Assembly: GCF_001644705.1 (NCBI RefSeq)
Contig: NZ_CP015137.1
Span: 2,400,001 to 2,432,000, forward strand
Source of the DNA: Dickeya solani IPO 2222
Lineage (GTDB): Bacteria > Pseudomonadota > Gammaproteobacteria > Enterobacterales > Enterobacteriaceae
Length of the DNA: 32,000 bases
Reading direction: 5' to 3'
In this document: positions 27,905 to 32,000 of the stretch, piece after piece
How positions within the stretch are numbered: position 1 is the stretch's first letter
How the letters are laid out: each line of letters starts with the position of its first letter
Notes under the pieces: model-generated
Seen by the model: only the letters and a program-made list of their open reading frames with translations
What the model was told of the DNA's origin: nothing
Databases searched by the model: none
Program-made: the position numbers and the translations under genes

Positions 27905-29344
27905 GTGATGACACGATATCAGCATCTGGCAACCTTACTGGCGCAGCGTATTGAGCAAGGGCTTTACCGGGGTGGCGAACGGTTGCCGTCGGTGCGGATG
28001 CTCAGTCAGGAACATGGCGTCAGCATCAGTACCGTACAACAAGCTTATTATCTGCTGGAACAGCAGCAACTGATCGTGCCGTTGCCACGCTCGGGATATT
28101 TCGTCCGGTCTCGCAAAGCTGAGCCGCCGATACCGGCGATGAGCAAGCCGGTGCAACGTCCGGTTGAGGTGAAAAAATGGAGCGCGGTGCTGGAGCTGGT
28201 GAACGCCAGACTGGACCCAGGGGTGATCTCTCTGGGCAGCAGTTCGCCGGATCTAACCCAAAGCACGCTTAAACCGTTGTGGAAGCAGTTGCAGCGCATC
28301 GGCCAGAAGCAGATGGCCGCTTCTTTCGTGTACGACAGTTTGGCCGGCGTGCCGTTGCTGCGTGAACAGATCGCCCGATTAATGGTTGACAGCGGCTGCC
28401 AGCTATCGGCTGACGACATCGTGGTGACGACCGGTTGTACCGAAGCGCTGGCGGTGGCGGTGCGAGCGCTGGCCCACCCGGGGGATATCATCGCGGTGGA
28501 GTCGCCGGTCTTTCACGGCATTTTGCAGATCCTGTGCGGGCTGGACATCAAGGTGATTGAGATCCCGACCGATTTCACCACCGGCATCAATCTGGAAGCG
28601 CTGGAACTGGCGCTGGACCAGTGGCCGATCAAGGCGGTGATTACGGTGCCGCACTGCAACAACCCGCTTGGATTTATCATGCCGCCGCAGCGCAAGCGGG
28701 CGTTGCTGACGCTGGCGCAACGCTACGATATCGCCATCATCGAGGATGACGTGTATGGCGAGTTGGCCTATGAGTACCCGCGGCCGGCAACGTTGAAGTC
28801 GATGGATATCGACGGCCGGGTGCTGCTGTGCAGCTCGTTTTCCAAGACGCTGGCGCCGGGATTGCGGGTCGGCTGGGTGGCGCCTGGGCGTTATCTCGAT
28901 CGGGCTTTGCACATGAAATACACCAGTACCGGCTCCTCCACCGTCTGTACGCAACTGGCGGTGGCGGAGTTTATCCGGCAGGGGCATTACCAGCCGCATG
29001 TGCGCCGTATGCGTGGCATTTACCAGCGTAATCTGGAGATGTTCACCTGTTGGGTGCGCCGCTATTTTCCGGAGACTATCTGCGTTAGTCGGCCAAAGGG
29101 CGGTTTTGTGCTATGGGTGGAAATGCCGGAATCTTTTGATGGCGTGCAACTGCGTCAGCAACTGCGGGAGAATAAGATTCATATCGCCGAAGGCTCGCTG
29201 TTTTCCGCATCCGGCAAATATCGCCACGGCCTGCGTATGAGTTGCGCCATGCCGATGACGCCCGAAATAGAACAGGTGGTGGCGACCATTGGCGCCGCAG
29301 TTGAACGAGCGCTGGCAGCAGGTATGCACGAAACGACGGCCTAG
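27905..29344 (+). CDS. MocR/GabR-type transcriptional regulator (GntR HTH fused to a PLP-dependent aminotransferase-fold domain)
   Basis: 479 aa with an N-terminal GntR wHTH (LPSVRMLSQEHGVSISTVQQAYYLLEQQ). The fold-type I domain has the PLP lysine context SSFSKTLAPGLRVGWV. The start is GTG 27905 or ATG 27908. Confidence 0.9.
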   Translation: MMTRYQHLATLLAQRIEQGLYRGGERLPSVRMLSQEHGVSISTVQQAYYLLEQQQLIVPLPRSGYFVRSRKAEPPIPAMSKPVQRPVEVKKWSAVLELVNARLDPGVISLGSSSPDLTQSTLKPLWKQLQRIGQKQMAASFVYDSLAGVPLLREQIARLMVDSGCQLSADDIVVTTGCTEALAVAVRALAHPGDIIAVESPVFHGILQILCGLDIKVIEIPTDFTTGINLEALELALDQWPIKAVITVPHCNNPLGFIMPPQRKRALLTLAQRYDIAIIEDDVYGELAYEYPRPATLKSMDIDGRVLLCSSFSKTLAPGLRVGWVAPGRYLDRALHMKYTSTGSSTVCTQLAVAEFIRQGHYQPHVRRMRGIYQRNLEMFTCWVRRYFPETICVSRPKGGFVLWVEMPESFDGVQLRQQLRENKIHIAEGSLFSASGKYRHGLRMSCAMPMTPEIEQVVATIGAAVERALAAGMHETTA

Positions 29345-29444
29345 TGGGGCCGACAGAATTGAAAGGCACCACTACGGCGGATTGGAGCCACGACCCGAAT
29401 GCTCTGGTAGTAACACTCCCTGAGCGACCCTGGTTTGCAACGAC

Positions 29445-30212
29445 TCAGATACCACTAAACCAGTTATACCCCTGATCTTCCCAGTAACCGCCGGGGTTGG
29501 TGTCGCTGACGAACAGGGCGGCAATATGTTTGGCGTTCTTGAAACCGAGTTTGGTGGGGACGCGCAACCGCAGCGGGTAGCCGTAATCGGCTGGTAACGC
29601 TTGATCGCCGAATTCCAGCGCCAGGATGGTTTGTGGGTGCAGGGCGGTCGCCATGTCGATGCTGGAGTAATAGCGGTCGGCGCATTTAAAGCCGACATAA
29701 CGGGCAGTGAGGTCTGCGCCGATATGCTGCAGGAAGTGGCGTAGCGGGATACCGCGCCACTGGCCGACTGCGCTCCAGCCTTCGATGCAGATCAACCGGG
29801 TAATCTGCGTCTCCTGCGGCAACTGGCGCAATTGCTCCAGTGTCCAGACGCCCTTTTTCTCTACCTTACCCGCAACCTCCAGACGATAACTGTCCAGATC
29901 GATCTCCGGTACATTGTATTCCGGGTAGTAGGCATTAAAAGGGAATGGTTGGGTAATCTGGTCACGGCGGTAGCTGGGTGCCAGACGTTGCCCGTTGAAC
30001 AGCCATGCCTGCACCCGGTCGTTCCAGCGCGACATTGCCCATAGCACCTTGTCGACGCTGTCGCCGTCCTGCATATTGCAGCCGGTCAGCATCGCTACGG
30101 CACCCAGCGTCAGCCCTGAGCGCAGCATCAGTCGGCGCTCCAGATTCACCAGCCGCTTTTTCTGGTCCGGTTCGAGTAGCAGTGGCGCGCGGCGCGGCGA
30201 TTTGTCACTCAT
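29445..30212 (-). CDS. Small molybdopterin-dependent oxidoreductase (sulfite-oxidase fold, no dimerisation domain), predicted Tat-exported lipoprotein
   Basis: 255 aa. It carries ERRLMLR twin-arginine, a hydrophobic region and the lipobox LTGC. The Mo-ligand cysteine context RLICIEGWSAVGQW resembles YedY/MsrP-type enzymes. Its start overlaps the upstream stop by 8 nt. Confidence 0.88.
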   Translation of the reverse strand: MSDKSPRRAPLLLEPDQKKRLVNLERRLMLRSGLTLGAVAMLTGCNMQDGDSVDKVLWAMSRWNDRVQAWLFNGQRLAPSYRRDQITQPFPFNAYYPEYNVPEIDLDSYRLEVAGKVEKKGVWTLEQLRQLPQETQITRLICIEGWSAVGQWRGIPLRHFLQHIGADLTARYVGFKCADRYYSSIDMATALHPQTILALEFGDQALPADYGYPLRLRVPTKLGFKNAKHIAALFVSDTNPGGYWEDQGYNWFSGI

Positions 30213-30807
30213 GTTTGCCCCCGGTCAGCATCGCCCACAGCGTACGCGGGACAATCAGCACCATCAGAACGTGAATCACCACAAACAGGCCGATGCCCGC
30301 CATGGCAAAAAAATGCACATAACGGGCGATAGCGAAACCGCCCAGTACAGTGACCAGCCCCTGCAATTGCACCGGTTTCCAGATTGCCAGCCCGGACAGC
30401 ACCAGCAATACACCCAGCGTGATAACGCCAAAATACATCAGCTTCTGAATGGCGTTATATTGGTAGGATTCATGCCGCAGGCGAAAGGTCAGCACCAGCC
30501 GGATATCGCGCCAGAGTGATGCCGGCGTGAGCGGCAACCAGTGTTGCCGCCAGTGTCCGCTGCACAGGCTCCATAGCACATACAGCAGGCCGTTACCCAC
30601 CAGCAGCCACATCACCGCCAGATGCCAGCCGATGGCGCCGCCGAGCCATCCCCCGAGCGTCATAGCGTGCGGAAAATGAAAATCGAACAACGGCGAGGCG
30701 TTATAAATTTCCCAGCCGCTCATAAACATGCCGATCATGGCGAGCAGGTTGAGCCAGTGGGTGAGTCTGACCGGCCAGGGATGTACCGGGCGACGGGACG
30801 TTGGCAT
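30205..30807 (-). CDS. Membrane b-type cytochrome (cytochrome b561 / Ni-hydrogenase cytochrome b family)
   Basis: 200 aa with about four TM helices and conserved His positions (RLTHWLN, GWHLAVMW, ARYVHFF, VIHVLMV). An AGGAG SD lies 7 nt upstream. Confidence 0.85.
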   Translation of the reverse strand: MPTSRRPVHPWPVRLTHWLNLLAMIGMFMSGWEIYNASPLFDFHFPHAMTLGGWLGGAIGWHLAVMWLLVGNGLLYVLWSLCSGHWRQHWLPLTPASLWRDIRLVLTFRLRHESYQYNAIQKLMYFGVITLGVLLVLSGLAIWKPVQLQGLVTVLGGFAIARYVHFFAMAGIGLFVVIHVLMVLIVPRTLWAMLTGGKHE

Positions 30808-30833
30808 GGCGGGCTCCTGTTGGCCGGATTGGT

Positions 30834-31457
30834 TTACATCGGCGGCACGGTGCCGTCTTTGCCGGCTGAGATGGCGACGGCGACCCGCTCGCCCTGTTCG
30901 TCGAGTTTAGAGAACAGCACGATATGCGCGCCCGGTTTTAGCAGGCTGCGATCGCCCGGCGAGATACTGACGATCGGCACGTCGTCCGGTACCACCACGG
31001 TTTTCTGACCACCGTTATAGGTGACGGTCAGGGTACGGCCGTTACTGTTGACCAGTTTGCCTACGGTACCGTTGGTCATGGTGCCGCTTTTGCCGTCGGC
31101 GGACTCCCACGGGCGGAAGCCTTCTCCTGCACCGCGCAGACTGGCGTCGAACACATGCACTTCCAGTGCTTTTAGCGTGCCGTCCGGTTGGGGAATGGCG
31201 GCGGTGCCAATGAAACTGTCCGGCTTGATCGTATCCGGGTTGGCCTGGGCCACGCTCATCACGCGGGTCTGGTCGGTCAGTTTGACATCGATTTTTTGCC
31301 CTTTACGGTCAGTCAGTTGCAACTGTGTGTTTGATATTGCACTGATGGTGCCGCGTACCGGCGGTTGCGGTTTGGCAGGCGCGTCGGCGGCGAAAGACCA
31401 TTGGCTGCATAGCAGCAGCGAGGAAAACAGCAGTGCGGTAAGACGATGACGTATCAT
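30834..31457 (-). CDS. Periplasmic protein of unknown function, first gene of the redox operon
   Basis: 207 aa with Sec signal MIRHRLTALLFSSLLLCSQWSFA/ADA and two beta-rich halves (VRGTISAISNTQLQLTD..., TNGTVGKLVNSNGRTLTV...). An AGGAG SD is present. A possible DUF5666-like fold is a low-confidence guess. Confidence 0.8.
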   Translation of the reverse strand: MIRHRLTALLFSSLLLCSQWSFAADAPAKPQPPVRGTISAISNTQLQLTDRKGQKIDVKLTDQTRVMSVAQANPDTIKPDSFIGTAAIPQPDGTLKALEVHVFDASLRGAGEGFRPWESADGKSGTMTNGTVGKLVNSNGRTLTVTYNGGQKTVVVPDDVPIVSISPGDRSLLKPGAHIVLFSKLDEQGERVAVAISAGKDGTVPPM

Positions 31458-31527
31458 GATGACATGCTCCTGGGTGGGTGTTTTTCCCCATCATGGTGAG
31501 GCTATCTGGTCGTCAGAATGACCGTTT

Positions 31528-31545
31528 GATGACATTAATGTCATC
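31528..31545. promoter_or_regulatory. Perfect 18-bp palindrome, CusR/CopR-box-like operator in the divergent promoter region
   Basis: GATGACATTAATGTCATC. The half-sites ATGACA/TGTCAT have the same spacing as the E. coli CusR box ATGACAAnnTTGTCAT. It lies between the operon start (31457, minus) and the regulator start (31623, plus). Confidence 0.6.
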
Positions 31546-31622
31546 AAGTCGGCTGGATGTAGTTGCTATGATGGAGCCGGTTTTTCGGCAGTCATGCCGT
31601 CAGGACAGCAGGAGTGATGACG

Positions 31623-32000
31623 ATGCGTATTCTGGTGATTGAAGACGATGCGGGCACCGGGGATTACCTGAAAAAAGGGCTGACCGAGGCGGGATATGCG
31701 GTTGATCTGGCGCGCAACGGCACGGACGGGTTGTTCAATGCGCTGGAACACGGCTACGACGCTATCATTCTTGATGTGATGTTACCGGGGCTCAATGGCT
31801 GGCAGATTATTGAGATGTTGCGCAAGAAAAGCGACGTGCCGGTGCTGTTTCTGACGGCGCGCGACCAGTTGCACGACCGCATTCACGGGCTGGAGCTGGG
31901 CGCGGACGACTACCTGATCAAACCTTTTTCTTTTACCGAACTGGTGCTGCGCATTCGCACCCTGTTGCGTCGCGGCGTGGTGCGTGAGGCGGATCACTAC
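31623..32000 (+). CDS. OmpR-family response regulator of the CusR/CopR/HprR heavy-metal/oxidant subgroup (3' end beyond window)
   Basis: My own translation reads [33 protein letters not shown]...[12 protein letters not shown]...[30 protein letters not shown]. It is colinear with the E. coli CusR receiver domain. An AGGAG SD lies 8 nt upstream. Confidence 0.9.
   Translation, partial: MRILVIEDDAGTGDYLKKGLTEAGYAVDLARNGTDGLFNALEHGYDAIILDVMLPGLNGWQIIEMLRKKSDVPVLFLTARDQLHDRIHGLELGADDYLIKPFSFTELVLRIRTLLRRGVVREADHY

Noticed and set aside
29345-29444. The 100-bp convergent gap between the MocR gene and the Mo-oxidoreductase gene, examined for a terminator or small RNA
   Set aside because: I could find no convincing stem-loop or T-tract by eye, so I cannot support any feature there.
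27935-31494. Multiple 60-200-aa ORFs overlapping the MocR gene and the redox operon on the opposite strand or in other frames (for example 28403-28999, 29995-30519, 30622-31008, 31021-31449)
   Set aside because: This is GC-rich coding DNA, which gives long spurious frames. The annotated frames have clear domain motifs, SDs and coupled junctions.

Overview
This is a chromosomal window from an Enterobacterales genome. The 16S rRNA and housekeeping proteins look Pectobacteriaceae/Dickeya-like, but I cannot verify that without a database. Positions 1-25.4 kb are highly conserved core. They carry the trkH 3' part, hemG and a complete rrn operon (P1/P2 promoters, boxA, 16S, tRNA-Glu, 23S, 5S, terminator). 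These are followed by murB-birA, coaA on the reverse strand, a GNAT acetyltransferase, thrU-tyrU-glyT-thrT-tufB, secE-nusG and rplKAJL-rpoBC. All start/stop choices were made by colinearity with the E. coli proteins as I remember them. Positions 25.4-32 kb are the variable part and hold the items worth a second look. (1) A near-perfect 78-bp tandem array sits just after the rpoC terminator. (2) A secreted six-cysteine protein looks DUF1176-like. (3) Two tandem Arg-rich DUF1127 small proteins lie divergent from a MocR/GabR-type PLP-domain regulator, with a strongly over-represented ATACAGA/TCTGTAT motif upstream of both. (4) A three-gene periplasmic redox operon (signal-peptide protein, b-type cytochrome, small Tat-lipoprotein Mo-oxidoreductase) is divergent from a CusR/HprR-family response regulator. 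A perfect 18-bp CusR-box-like palindrome lies between them. This module has the architecture of hiuH-msrPQ/HprRS but is built from different parts, and it is my best candidate for an uncharacterised system. In the core region two things are notable. A 26-bp duplication of the tRNA-Tyr 3' end forms an rtT-like spacer. The rrn operon also combines the E. coli rrnA left flank with the rrnB right flank. No tools were run: all family assignments are from motif recognition and memory, and all coordinates were counted by hand.
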